Shown piece after piece: positions 41,726 through 51,869 of a stretch of 64,000 bases of DNA. Position 1 is the stretch's first letter; each line of letters starts with the position of its first letter. Source of the stretch: an uncultured Pseudomonadales bacterium (GTDB lineage: Bacteria > Patescibacteriota > Microgenomatia > UBA1400 > PJMF01); NCBI GenBank assembly GCA_964393205.1, contig CAYMSV010000002.1, positions 96,843 to 160,842 of the forward strand. Reading direction: 5' to 3'. The position numbers and the translations under genes were made by a program. The notes under the pieces are model-generated. The model ran no database searches. It saw only the letters and a list, made by a program, of their open reading frames with translations, and was not told where the DNA came from.

Positions 41726-44622
41726 AAAATAAAAAACAAATCATTCTCTTAACTATCTTAGTTTTTTTGTTTATCTCATTATTATTTTTTCAAAGAAATA
41801 ATAGAAAAACTTTTTGGCAAATTCGTCCTGCTAAAGAAATTGTTTCCGGTGGAGAGTTTGATGGAAAACATATTCTTATTCCCATCGATAGAAATAAAAT
41901 TCAAGCCATTGATCATAAATCTGGAAAAGTCAGCTGGCAATTTGAAGCTGATACTTCCATTAACTCTGGGTTAACAATTATAAATAACGGATTGTTCTTT
42001 ATAACTGAAAATCAAAATCTATTTTCTCTTAATCTTAAAAGCGGAAAATTAATTTGGAAAAAGACCCTAGATTTACAAAGAAACAACCTTCAAGAATACA
42101 AAAAACAACTACTCTTGAGTCAAGCAGGTGGAAGAATTACTTTAATGAATACCAAGGGTGAAATCCTATGGGAAAATTTTTTAGAAATTAATAATACCAA
42201 GCCCTCAGACCAAAATCTAAATAATCTAGAAAAACAAATATCTGACTGGGAAATGTATTTTTCTTATGAAAACGAGCTTATATATGTCACCTTTGAAAAT
42301 TCTATATATAAACTAAGCGGTGAAACAGGGGAATTAATCTGGAGTCAACATTTTGAAAAAGAAATTTTGAGCAAACCTCAACAAATATATGGCGACCTGA
42401 CTTTCATTGATGGAGAAGGTAGCTTGACTAAAGTTGACACAAAGGATGGAAAAATAGTCTGGCAAACACAAGAAAATTTTGAACAAATTACTGAACTTTT
42501 AGAAATAAATAATTTAACGGCAAGTAAGAGACAATTACTAAATGTCGTTGATCAATTTATAAAAACTTTAATTAAAAAAAATCTGTGGATTTCCAATCTG
42601 ATTATGGATAGTCTAGGAGCTTGGAAAGATAACTTAATACAATCTAATTTACTTGCTCTTAATCAAAAAGGCATTTTAAGACGCCTCAGTCACAGTGGTG
42701 AAGAAAAAATTTGGGAGCTTGATACTGAATTAGATAAACCTCGAATTTTAGAAACAAAAAATAAATATATTTTGATTGCTGATCAAAAAATAATTTTAGC
42801 TATCAATCTAGATGGCTATATTGTTTGGCAACAAGAAATTCCCCACATCAAACAACTTTCCTTAGTAACAAAACCTGTTTATAAGTGGTTACCAATCTCA
42901 AACAAACCACAAATTCTAGTAAATAGTTTTGAAAAAAATATTTATGCTCTAGATCATGAATCGGGAAAAATACTTTGGCAATTCAATAGTAATGTACCAA
43001 TAAGCTCAAACACAATGGAGCTACCCAACACTTTATTAGTTATTACTAATAATGGAATTATTTATCAAATTGACAAATTCAAGGGCACTATATCTGAAAA
43101 AATCAAAATTAAACATCAAGTGAAAAATACTAATATAAAGGATAAAGAGATCTTCACCATTGATTTTTTTAGTAAAAAGAATTACTTCACAAGCCCTTTT
43201 TACCAAGTAAAGATAAGTTGTAGTTTTGAGTCTCCAGAAGGGAAAAAATATCCAATAAATGGTTTTTATTATAACTACAATCATTGGCAAGTACGTTTTA
43301 ACCCTCAAGAAATTGGAGATTGGCAGTGGGATTGCATCTTTCAAACCCCAGAATCAGAAAGGTTCTTTTCTGGAAAGTTTTATAGTGAAAAGAAAAAAGA
43401 TCAATTCATTAAAATCGCCGAAAACTCAAATGGTCAATTTTTAACTTTAGACGGAGAGAAAATATTCTTCCCTTTAGGATTAAATCAAACTATTATAGAT
43501 TTTAACCAAAACGGTATCTTTTTTGATGATTTCGCTATTGGAGAAGATCATAAAAATAGAAGGATTCAACTAGATGAATATTTAGATGTATATTTTAAAG
43601 AAAGTGGCTTTAATACTTTTCGTTGGAATCCTGGTAATTATCAATTTTCAGTAGCTTCAATGATCCATTATCCAGAAAACGATTACTCTCTATACAGGGC
43701 TGGATTAGGAGATCACTTACTTGAGAATCTTTATCAAAGAGACATTCAGGTTTATTTAACCCTGTTTGCCTGGGGCTTGCCATTTGGCACCACTGTCAAA
43801 AACTTACAAGAAGAATGGGCCATAAACCATTATTTAGAATACATGGTAGCTCGTTACGGAGCCTATACTTCCGCCTGGGAATTAACAAATGAAGGAGTAT
43901 TGGAAGATGCTACCGCTCACAAATTTTTAAGTAAGTTAAAATCTTTAGATCAAAAAAAATTAGTAAGCATCAGTTTTGAAAAACCCAATTTAAAATCAGT
44001 TGACATCATCTCTCCCCACTGGTATTCAACTAGTACTCCAGAAATTGCAGATACGGAAATTTTAGAAGTAATAAATAAATTTGAAAAAAAAGCTAAACCC
44101 ATTATTTTTGGAGAAATTGGTAATGGAAAGAGTAGTTGGGATAAAAACTCAGCCTTAATCATGCGAGTTAGAGCTTGGGTATCTCTATTTAATGGAGCAG
44201 GTTTAATTTTTTGGAATCAAAGTAATTCAAAAAGTTTTTATAATGAAGCTTTTGAAAATGCTAATCAATATATAGGTGAAGAAGAGCGCACTTACATGAA
44301 AGTAATCAGTGATTTTAGCAAAGAACTAGACGTTACTTTAAAACCAGCAAGTTTTTATAAAAAGATAGGTGGCGATGGTGTTAGAACTTATGGCTTAGCC
44401 TCTGAAAAAGAGTTACTAGTTTATGCCTATCACCACTACAATCAATATACCAATAATGCCACTTTTACAATCAATGTTGATCTCTCAAAACCAGCATCTT
44501 TAGAGTGGATTAATCCCCAAAACGGTGAAGTAATAAGCAGTTATCCTCTCCAAACAGGATCAAACACTATTATTTCTCCTGAATTTAGAGAAGATTTAGT
44601 TCTAAAAATTTCTCTCAGTTAA
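41722..44622 (+). CDS. PQQ-like beta-propeller fused to DUF5060 + clan GH-A-like (DUF4038) glycoside hydrolase domain + C-terminal beta-sandwich
   Basis: Repeated A.D..SGK..W blades; GFY....WQVRFNP...GDWQW; YMVARYGAY..AWELTNE; KPIIFGE; C-terminal EWINPQNGE. Confidence 0.75.
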   Translation: MKNKKQIILLTILVFLFISLLFFQRNNRKTFWQIRPAKEIVSGGEFDGKHILIPIDRNKIQAIDHKSGKVSWQFEADTSINSGLTIINNGLFFITENQNLFSLNLKSGKLIWKKTLDLQRNNLQEYKKQLLLSQAGGRITLMNTKGEILWENFLEINNTKPSDQNLNNLEKQISDWEMYFSYENELIYVTFENSIYKLSGETGELIWSQHFEKEILSKPQQIYGDLTFIDGEGSLTKVDTKDGKIVWQTQENFEQITELLEINNLTASKRQLLNVVDQFIKTLIKKNLWISNLIMDSLGAWKDNLIQSNLLALNQKGILRRLSHSGEEKIWELDTELDKPRILETKNKYILIADQKIILAINLDGYIVWQQEIPHIKQLSLVTKPVYKWLPISNKPQILVNSFEKNIYALDHESGKILWQFNSNVPISSNTMELPNTLLVITNNGIIYQIDKFKGTISEKIKIKHQVKNTNIKDKEIFTIDFFSKKNYFTSPFYQVKISCSFESPEGKKYPINGFYYNYNHWQVRFNPQEIGDWQWDCIFQTPESERFFSGKFYSEKKKDQFIKIAENSNGQFLTLDGEKIFFPLGLNQTIIDFNQNGIFFDDFAIGEDHKNRRIQLDEYLDVYFKESGFNTFRWNPGNYQFSVASMIHYPENDYSLYRAGLGDHLLENLYQRDIQVYLTLFAWGLPFGTTVKNLQEEWAINHYLEYMVARYGAYTSAWELTNEGVLEDATAHKFLSKLKSLDQKKLVSISFEKPNLKSVDIISPHWYSTSTPEIADTEILEVINKFEKKAKPIIFGEIGNGKSSWDKNSALIMRVRAWVSLFNGAGLIFWNQSNSKSFYNEAFENANQYIGEEERTYMKVISDFSKELDVTLKPASFYKKIGGDGVRTYGLASEKELLVYAYHHYNQYTNNATFTINVDLSKPASLEWINPQNGEVISSYPLQTGSNTIISPEFREDLVLKISLS

Positions 44623-44642
44623 AAATTCAATAAAAATAGTTT

Positions 44643-45047
44643 TTATTCTTTGTTTTTTGATTTCTTCAGTAAATTTAATTTCCACATAAATAATTTAGCC
44701 TTACTTCTAGCGCTTTCAGCGTCACTAACAAAGGCTAAGGCTTGTTCTAGTAAGGCGCGTGGATAAGTTTTAGCTAATTTAATATAAAGCGAGGTATGAG
44801 CTTGATCTCCTAAAACTGTCGCCATATGACAACCAAATGCCTGAAATTCCTGGCTAATATATTTATTGTGTTTTTTTATTGGATGGTGAGTTAATAGCTT
44901 GGCTACAGCACTAAAACCTGGATTTAAATTTTCTTTTCGATCTTCAGACTCAGCTTCTCCACTTGCTTGTAAACTATCAAATAAACTTTGCTCAACGATG
45001 ATAGGTTTTTTAGCTTTTTTTTGACCCTTATGTTTTTTAACAGGCAT
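44643..45047 (-). CDS. Hypothetical protein with small helical C-terminal domain
   Basis: YISQEFQAFG...SLYIKLAK.YPR.LLE.AL.FV.D...KAKLFMWKL; intact ORF. Confidence 0.65.
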   Translation of the reverse strand: MPVKKHKGQKKAKKPIIVEQSLFDSLQASGEAESEDRKENLNPGFSAVAKLLTHHPIKKHNKYISQEFQAFGCHMATVLGDQAHTSLYIKLAKTYPRALLEQALAFVSDAESARSKAKLFMWKLNLLKKSKNKE

Positions 45048-45092
45048 AAAAAAACTTATTTTGTTGATAAATCTTAGTTAAAACAGCTAAAA

Positions 45093-45782
45093 TCAAGTCA
45101 AGATTTTATTTAAAATTTGATGATTTTTTTTACTTAAATCTTTACTAAAAGGACCTTTTTCTTCAATCAAAATTTTTAATTTGGTGTCCCCAGCTAAACT
45201 TTGATAAAAATCTAACTGAATTTTTAGAAGCTCTTTGGCTTGCGACATATTTTTTTTACCATTATTAGTAAAATCAACTAACCAATCAGCGCTAATTAAA
45301 TATTGACCTAAATTATAAACTTCTTCTCCTCCACCAATTGTGAAACAAACTTGATTAGCTAAATGCATGTTGTGAGGGCGAACCATATGACCCTTAACCC
45401 CTGCTTCTAATTCCTTAGGATCGGCAAAGGGTAAAATTCCCACATATTCGAGTTTTAATTGATCAGCTAATGCAGCTAAATGTTGTTGAGTGCTAGCATT
45501 GGTTTCGTCCCAATCGTTAAGATTAAGCTCTTGTTTAAACCAAGCATTTTCTTCACTAGCAGCAATTTTCAATTTTTTATCTTTTTGCTCTTTAGGGAAA
45601 TTATTTAAAATTGTTTTCTGTAAGGCATCAACCACTTGAGAAAAATATGCTAAACGAAAACCAGAACCTAAAAAAGCAAAGCGACGACCATGATTGAGTT
45701 GTACTCCTTCATCACCATCTGCAATCACTAAAGGAACAGCTTGATAGTCGACAGACTGAGCTGATTGCTTACTTTTGCTCAT
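45093..45782 (-). CDS. Hypothetical cytoplasmic protein
   Basis: 229-aa ORF preceded by AAAAAGGG SD-like sequence. Confidence 0.65.
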   Translation of the reverse strand: MSKSKQSAQSVDYQAVPLVIADGDEGVQLNHGRRFAFLGSGFRLAYFSQVVDALQKTILNNFPKEQKDKKLKIAASEENAWFKQELNLNDWDETNASTQQHLAALADQLKLEYVGILPFADPKELEAGVKGHMVRPHNMHLANQVCFTIGGGEEVYNLGQYLISADWLVDFTNNGKKNMSQAKELLKIQLDFYQSLAGDTKLKILIEEKGPFSKDLSKKNHQILNKILT

Positions 45783-45804
45783 GAAAACCCTTTTTATTAA
45801 TTAA

Positions 45805-45957
45805 TTACTCAGCCATAGCTTGCACTGCAGCTAAGTATTGATTCATTTCTTTTTCCACCTGCTCCCAATCACCATCGACCTCTCGAATCGCATTAAATAA
45901 CAACTCCATATCGATTAATAATTGGTCGTCAGTAACGATCATTCTTTGTTTCGCCAT
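45805..45957 (-). CDS. Small acidic protein, 50 aa (not in ORF track)
   Basis: MAKQRMIVTDDQLLIDMELLFNAIREVDGDWEQVEKEMNQYLAAVQAMAE*; AAAGGT just upstream of the ATG; fills the gap in a co-oriented gene run. Confidence 0.65.
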   Translation of the reverse strand: MAKQRMIVTDDQLLIDMELLFNAIREVDGDWEQVEKEMNQYLAAVQAMAE

Positions 45958-46011
45958 AGACCTTTATTATACCATTAGTCGAGAAATAAATCTAGTTTAG
46001 AGGTCAACTTT

Positions 46012-47031
46012 TTATTGAAATATAGGATATTTTTCAATAACAAAATCCCTTAACTTTTTAGCAATCAGCAAATTGCTTAAACTATTGTAATGAGATTCCT
46101 TTTCAGACACTGGATTTATTTCTTCACCACAGAGATCAACTATTGGTAACTGTTTTTTACAAGCAGAATGAAATTTATAATAAATATCTGAAACTAAACA
46201 ATCGTTATAACTACCTTCACTATCACAAAAATGATTTAAACAAGCAAAAAGAAAAAAAATGGTATCTTCTTTAGAGAAATTTTTAATTAAATTTGTAAGA
46301 AAACAATAATTTTGAGTTTCATGTCCAAAGGTCGGATGATAAATTAATCTAGTCATATCACGACTGGAAACGTCTTTTTTTCCTTCAATTAATTGCCTGT
46401 TTGGACAAGTTTTGATCAGTTCTTGATAAATAACTTCCTTAGTTGGATATCTTTGAAAACTATTAAAAAGAAGATCGTTGTCAACTAAGCCAAAAATAAT
46501 TAAATCAGGTTTTAAATATTTTTTTACTAATTGGTATTTTGCGTAATTATCTAAAAAATCATCACCAAAAAAACTATAATTATAAACTTTAACATCACGT
46601 ATTTTTTTTACTTCTTGCTCTAAAAAATAAGCTATAGTTTGACTACTTCTTACACCTGTACCAAAAAACATTGAATCTCCAATTATAGCTATTTTTAAAA
46701 CAGAGTCTTTTTGTTCTTTTTCCAAAAGATCTATTGCTTCTTGATCACCTAATCCTGCCGAAATAAGATTTAATAAATCAGTATTTCTTTGATCGTGATT
46801 AAATTTCTCAGCTACTATTTGCCAATCTTCTATGTCATATGGCCAAACTGAATAATAACCATGAGGAAGACTCTTTTTATAAAACAGTTTATCAAAAAAA
46901 CATTTTTCTGATAAAAAGAAGAGACCAAAAAATAACAAAACACTAATGATTAAAGCCATTAGCACAACCGAAATTTTCTTGATAACTAGGAAAACATTAG
47001 TGGACTTAATAATACTCAACATCAGCAACAC
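46012..47031 (-). CDS. SGNH/GDSL hydrolase-family protein
   Basis: IIGDSMFFG, YNYSFFGD, LVDND and ESHYN. The true start is uncertain. Confidence 0.78.
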   Translation of the reverse strand: MLLMLSIIKSTNVFLVIKKISVVLMALIISVLLFFGLFFLSEKCFFDKLFYKKSLPHGYYSVWPYDIEDWQIVAEKFNHDQRNTDLLNLISAGLGDQEAIDLLEKEQKDSVLKIAIIGDSMFFGTGVRSSQTIAYFLEQEVKKIRDVKVYNYSFFGDDFLDNYAKYQLVKKYLKPDLIIFGLVDNDLLFNSFQRYPTKEVIYQELIKTCPNRQLIEGKKDVSSRDMTRLIYHPTFGHETQNYCFLTNLIKNFSKEDTIFFLFACLNHFCDSEGSYNDCLVSDIYYKFHSACKKQLPIVDLCGEEINPVSEKESHYNSLSNLLIAKKLRDFVIEKYPIFQ

Positions 47032-47194
47032 TATAAATATTAAAGCTTTTGTAGATCGAGATCTATCTCACAAAAAAATGATAAAGTAAAAAAGCATCTT
47101 AAACAAGAATAAAACTTAAATTTAAGATCTATTATTTACAAGATATTTTTATTTTTGTCGGTAAAATTAGCTAACTAAAAAACTTATACAAATA

Positions 47195-48817
47195 CTAGTT
47201 CAAAAGTTTTTCTAACAAAAGAACTTGGAAATCATGATTATTAAATGATAAATAAAAGTTATCCTTAATTATCAGTTTAGAAAAGCTATCTCCTTCAAAC
47301 TCACTAATTCCTTGTGTAAATTTATCAAAACATTGATTGCCAGTCTTATAATCATTATAAACAAGAAAATAGAACCGATTGCCAGCATTATAATTATCCA
47401 AGGACTGATATTTAAAGTTGATTGAATCTCTAATCATAAGTTTTTTATTTATCAAATGATCTATGGGTTGTGCTAAAAATCTAGTTTTTCCTAAATAATC
47501 ATTTTCACAAATATCTTCACCTAAATAATCTCTATTAAAATGGTAAAAAATCATAACATCACTACGATTTAATCTATATTCATCTATTTTTTGAATAATA
47601 GCTTCACTAACGATTTCATTAAAAGCATAAGAACTAGAATCCTTCATACCTGGTTTAGGCAAAACAAGAGAAATATTGTGAAGAAAAAATAATATTAAAA
47701 AAGCAATAATCGGTAGAATTAAAATGATTTTATAAATATTTTTTTTACAATTCAAAATTTGTTTCATTTTTATTGATAAAAAAATAAAAAAAACAATAAC
47801 AATTAAGTCTATCCTATGTGGTGCATAAGGAGCATCTATATTAATTAGAAAATAAGGGGTTAATAAAATCCACAACAAAAGCCAAAAATTATCAAAAACT
47901 TTGTTAGATAAATCTGATTCATGCTTAAAAAACTTATTGATTAATAATAAAAAAATTATGAATATTATAAATAATACTTTCCAAAACACATGTTGATTGT
48001 TAAAAAGCAAACTAAAAAAAACTTCAAAAATGTTCCAATAATGTGTCGTTACCCTACTTAGATTAATTGGCAATAGATTTTCACGATGTTTTAAAATGGC
48101 TAAAATAGATGGCCAATTATTGAGAATTTCAAAAATAAGCTGTGATGAATATGTAATAATAAAAAAAACTAACATTGAATAAACTAATAAAAAGTAACTT
48201 CGCAGAGACGTGTTGTTTAATTTTTTAAAAAATAGATAGGAGTTTAAACAAATAACGGGTAAAATAAAAAATGAAGAAGGATAAATAGTTAAGGCAATGA
48301 AAAAAGAAAATTGGCTTAAAAAAAGAAAAAGTAATTTACTAGATTTTAGAGAAATCAAACCTAAAAAAATTGATAAAGAACTAAAAAAAATGCTTGGATG
48401 AGGATGCCAAACAGTTCTGCTTAAGAAAACATGATAATGCCAAAAAGTAAAAATTCCTAAAAATACAAGACTAATTAGCTTATCTTTATTATTTAACAAA
48501 TATATAGATAAAAATAAAAATAAAATCGAAAATAAACCCATTAAGGCATAAAAAACAGATACTAAAAAAAATTCGCCATGAGCAAGAAAATAAAAAAAAG
48601 AAATTAAATACAAATAGGTTGGTGGTATAAATAAACCACTAATACCAATTGCTGGATTAACTAAGGGAAACTTCTTTTCTAAGTTGATCGTTCTAGCAAC
48701 TTCCAACTCATAACCAACATCAACAGTCATGTCAGAAAATTCCAGATTGGTAAGCCTTAAAAATCCAGCTAATAAAAATAATATTAAGAAGATATTTAGA
48801 AAAATAGCCTTTTTCAT
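47195..48817 (-). CDS. ArnT/PMT-like GT-C glycosyltransferase
   Basis: LRL..L....D.GYE, PPTYLYLI and SRTVWHPHP; many TMs. Confidence 0.7.
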   Translation of the reverse strand: MKKAIFLNIFLILFLLAGFLRLTNLEFSDMTVDVGYELEVARTINLEKKFPLVNPAIGISGLFIPPTYLYLISFFYFLAHGEFFLVSVFYALMGLFSILFLFLSIYLLNNKDKLISLVFLGIFTFWHYHVFLSRTVWHPHPSIFFSSLSIFLGLISLKSSKLLFLFLSQFSFFIALTIYPSSFFILPVICLNSYLFFKKLNNTSLRSYFLLVYSMLVFFIITYSSQLIFEILNNWPSILAILKHRENLLPINLSRVTTHYWNIFEVFFSLLFNNQHVFWKVLFIIFIIFLLLINKFFKHESDLSNKVFDNFWLLLWILLTPYFLINIDAPYAPHRIDLIVIVFFIFLSIKMKQILNCKKNIYKIILILPIIAFLILFFLHNISLVLPKPGMKDSSSYAFNEIVSEAIIQKIDEYRLNRSDVMIFYHFNRDYLGEDICENDYLGKTRFLAQPIDHLINKKLMIRDSINFKYQSLDNYNAGNRFYFLVYNDYKTGNQCFDKFTQGISEFEGDSFSKLIIKDNFYLSFNNHDFQVLLLEKLLN

Positions 48818-48950
48818 AAATTTTCACAAACTCAACAATAGTGGCCATTATATTTCAATTAACTATACAAAGCATTAATAAAATAAACACAAAAAACAAA
48901 AATAACACCTTCTCGGTGGATAAAATAAATCCAATTAAGTTAAAACAAAA

Positions 48951-50060
48951 CTATTTGTAAGCAACTGGCAAATCTGTCTGAACAATGGATAAACTCATTC
49001 GACGTTGTTCTGGAACTACATTTTCTACATTAACTGTCACTTCATCACCAACTTTGAGCTCTTTACTTGGATCAAGTTTGGTAGAGTGAATTAAGCCATC
49101 AACGCCTTTTTCCACGTTAACAAAAACACCAAATGGTTCGATACGAGTAACCTTACCAGTAAAGGTGGTACCAGCCGCATAACGTGACTCTAAAGTGGTC
49201 CAGGGGTCTTCTTCTAACTGTTTAATAGATAAATTTAATTTATTGGTTCTCTCATCAATACCTAGCACCTTAACTTTAATTCTGTCACCAACCTTATGAT
49301 AATCTCTGGGATGATTAACCTTTTCCCATGAAATTTCAGAAATATGAATTAAACCTTCAATATAACCAGTACTATCCTTATCATCCTCATCTTTAACTGG
49401 TACTTCTACCGTAACAAATAAGCCAAAATGCATAACTCCGGAAACTACTCCCTCGTAAATCTCACCCTCCTTAACACTTTCGACTGCCAAATCTTTTTGA
49501 GCTAGTTCTTTGGCTTCACTCACATGTCGTTCAGAGAAAATCAAACGATTTTTCTCTCGATCAACTTCAATTGCCTTAACCTTAAATGTTTCTCCTTTAA
49601 GAGAGGCAATTTTACCCATATATTGACGCCCAAATTGACTAGAAGGTACAAAACCTCTTACCCCATTAACCAAAACAATTAATCCACCACGATTTAACTC
49701 TACTCCTTTAGCTTCTATGCTCAAGTCCTTATCAAGCGCTTCCTCAAAATATTCCCATTTAGCATCAGAAGCTGCTCCTTTCAGGGATAAGAGCACTTGA
49801 CCATTTTCATAATCAGTAGAAACGACAATTGCTTTAATTTCATCACCAACTTTTAAATCATCAATAAAGTCGCTAGCAAATTCGAATTCTTTGTCAGCTA
49901 CATAAGCTTCTGTTTTAGATCCTAAATCAATAACTAAATTTTTCTTATTTTTTTCAACGATAACACCAGTTATTGTGTCCCCTTTGTGAGGGACAACTAA
50001 TTTATCAGCATTAGCTTTTAAAAGCTCCTCCATGTTCATTTTTTTTGTACTCTTAGCCAT
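48951..50060 (-). CDS. rpsA: 30S ribosomal protein S1 (4 S1 domains)
   Basis: Repeated S1 domains (GFVPSSQ, EGLIHISEISW, DGLIHST). The ATG at 50060 with AAAGGAA SD was preferred over 50102. Confidence 0.93.
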   Translation of the reverse strand: MAKSTKKMNMEELLKANADKLVVPHKGDTITGVIVEKNKKNLVIDLGSKTEAYVADKEFEFASDFIDDLKVGDEIKAIVVSTDYENGQVLLSLKGAASDAKWEYFEEALDKDLSIEAKGVELNRGGLIVLVNGVRGFVPSSQFGRQYMGKIASLKGETFKVKAIEVDREKNRLIFSERHVSEAKELAQKDLAVESVKEGEIYEGVVSGVMHFGLFVTVEVPVKDEDDKDSTGYIEGLIHISEISWEKVNHPRDYHKVGDRIKVKVLGIDERTNKLNLSIKQLEEDPWTTLESRYAAGTTFTGKVTRIEPFGVFVNVEKGVDGLIHSTKLDPSKELKVGDEVTVNVENVVPEQRRMSLSIVQTDLPVAYK

Positions 50061-50173
50061 ATCAAAATAGTTCCTTTCTTTTTGATCTGTGTATTGTAAC
50101 ACAAGTATCTAGCAGTTTCCTCTAAAAAAAGGCACTGAGCTTCGTAATTAAACGATTGGAAATCAGGATTTAC

Positions 50174-50905
50174 TCATTTTGATATTTCAATCAATCTGTT
50201 GCAATATTTTTTTAAGTGATCAACAAAATGGCTGACCAATATGAGGGTAACATCGTTATTAAACATCTTTTTCATTACTTGCCTAGACTTTTCTTGAAAA
50301 TCCCTGTCTCCCATACTCATTACCTCATCCAACAAGAGAATGTTAGGTTTTGCATGAATAGCTATACTAAAACCCAACCTCAACTTCATTCCATTAGAAT
50401 AAGTATATAAAGGAGCAGTAACAAAATCTCCAATTCCAGCAAAATCAATTATTTGATTAAATTTGTCTCTAATCTCTTCTCTAGACATACCAATAACTAA
50501 ACCGTTTAAAAAAATATTTTCTTGTCCAGTTAAATCTGGATGAAAACCGGCCGCTAAATCTATTAAAGAAATAATCCTCCCTTTTGTCTGTACTTTTCCA
50601 GAAGTTGGCGAACTAATTCTAGCAATAATTTTTAGTAAAGTTGTTTTTCCAGCACCATTTGCTCCGAAAAGACCAATTTTTTCTCCCTTGTGAATTTTTA
50701 AATTAACATTTTCTAAGGCCCAATACTCCTCTTTTTTTTCAAAACGTAAAATTCGATTAACGTCCTCAATGAGAGTTGGTTTATCGTGGGTAATAATATA
50801 TTTTTTACTAACATCAGTTAAATTGATTACTACCTCACCAGATTTTTTTCTATTACGCAAAGTTTTTTCTTTAAAAACTGTCATATTTCTCCAAATTATA
50901 ACCAA
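50174..50905 (-). CDS. wzt: Wzt/TagH-type polysaccharide ABC transporter ATPase (no C-terminal domain)
   Basis: GANGAGKTT, GFHPDLTGQENI, YSNGMKLRLGFS, LLLDE and VSH. Confidence 0.9.
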   Translation of the reverse strand: MVIIWRNMTVFKEKTLRNRKKSGEVVINLTDVSKKYIITHDKPTLIEDVNRILRFEKKEEYWALENVNLKIHKGEKIGLFGANGAGKTTLLKIIARISSPTSGKVQTKGRIISLIDLAAGFHPDLTGQENIFLNGLVIGMSREEIRDKFNQIIDFAGIGDFVTAPLYTYSNGMKLRLGFSIAIHAKPNILLLDEVMSMGDRDFQEKSRQVMKKMFNNDVTLILVSHFVDHLKKYCNRLIEISK

Positions 50906-51702
50906 TCATCAAAATTGACATTTTCTTTTTTGAAAACACGATAACCAAAGTAAAAAATGCCAATAATTAAAATAACTGCTACCCAAATAAAGTTTATTAA
51001 AGTAATAGGCAATCCCATCAAAGCAAAGTGAAATAATTCAATAATAGTTGTCATAGGATTTAAATAAAAAATTGGCCACAAAAATTCTGGCAATAAGTTT
51101 AGTGCATAGATCACTGGAGTGGCATAGAACCACAACATAACTGCCAACTGAATTATAAAATTGATATCACGAAACCTGACGTTTAAAGAAGAAGTAAAAA
51201 GCGATAAACCAATTGTAAAAAACAATAACAAAATTAACGCTGGAAAAAGCCATAACATACGTGAGACATAAAAAACCAGTTGTATTAAGCCATAATTTTC
51301 AAAAAATAATTTGTCTCCAATTAAAGCGCCTATTAATAATAATAAAGCTACTAAAAAATGAAAGAAATTGGAAAAAATAATTGATAAAACAATACTTTCT
51401 CTAGGAAATTTGGCCTTTTTAATTAAATTTCTCTCATAAAAAAAAGCTGGAGTAGATTTGGTCAAACTTTGAGAAAAAAAGTTCCAAGGCAAAAGTCCTG
51501 CAAATAAATATAGAAAATAGTTATCAACAGAAACCGGTACAAAAAACTGAAAAACAAAACCCATAACCACCATTTGTAAAATTGGATTTAAAATTATCCA
51601 CAAAAAACCAAAAGTAGCTCGTTTATAGCGAGCTTTAATCTCTTTTTCAGTCATGGCTACTAAAAAATCAAACCAGTGACGTCGCTTATTCTTCAAGAAC
51701 AT
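50896..51702 (-). CDS. wzm: Wzm/TagG-type polysaccharide ABC transporter permease
   Basis: KARYKRATFGFLWIILNP, GLLPWNFF, FRDI, FYATPVIY and LNPMT. Confidence 0.92.
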   Translation of the reverse strand: MFLKNKRRHWFDFLVAMTEKEIKARYKRATFGFLWIILNPILQMVVMGFVFQFFVPVSVDNYFLYLFAGLLPWNFFSQSLTKSTPAFFYERNLIKKAKFPRESIVLSIIFSNFFHFLVALLLLIGALIGDKLFFENYGLIQLVFYVSRMLWLFPALILLLFFTIGLSLFTSSLNVRFRDINFIIQLAVMLWFYATPVIYALNLLPEFLWPIFYLNPMTTIIELFHFALMGLPITLINFIWVAVILIIGIFYFGYRVFKKENVNFDDWL

Positions 51703-51869
51703 AAATTAATTTTATTATTATATATCCATTCTAAAACATTTGTTCGTTGGGCACTCAAACTTCGAACGGCTATAGCTTAAAATAAAACAATTTTATTGAC
51801 AAGCCTCATAAATAATTAAGTAACAATTGTAATTCAATTAGCAAATGAGACTGCTTTGATTATTATTTT

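Noticed and set aside
51740-51770. Small hairpin GTTCG...CGAAC upstream of wzm as a JUMPstart/ops element or tRNA fragment
   Set aside because: It has no GGCGGTAG ops core and no tRNA structure, and is too short to support a call.
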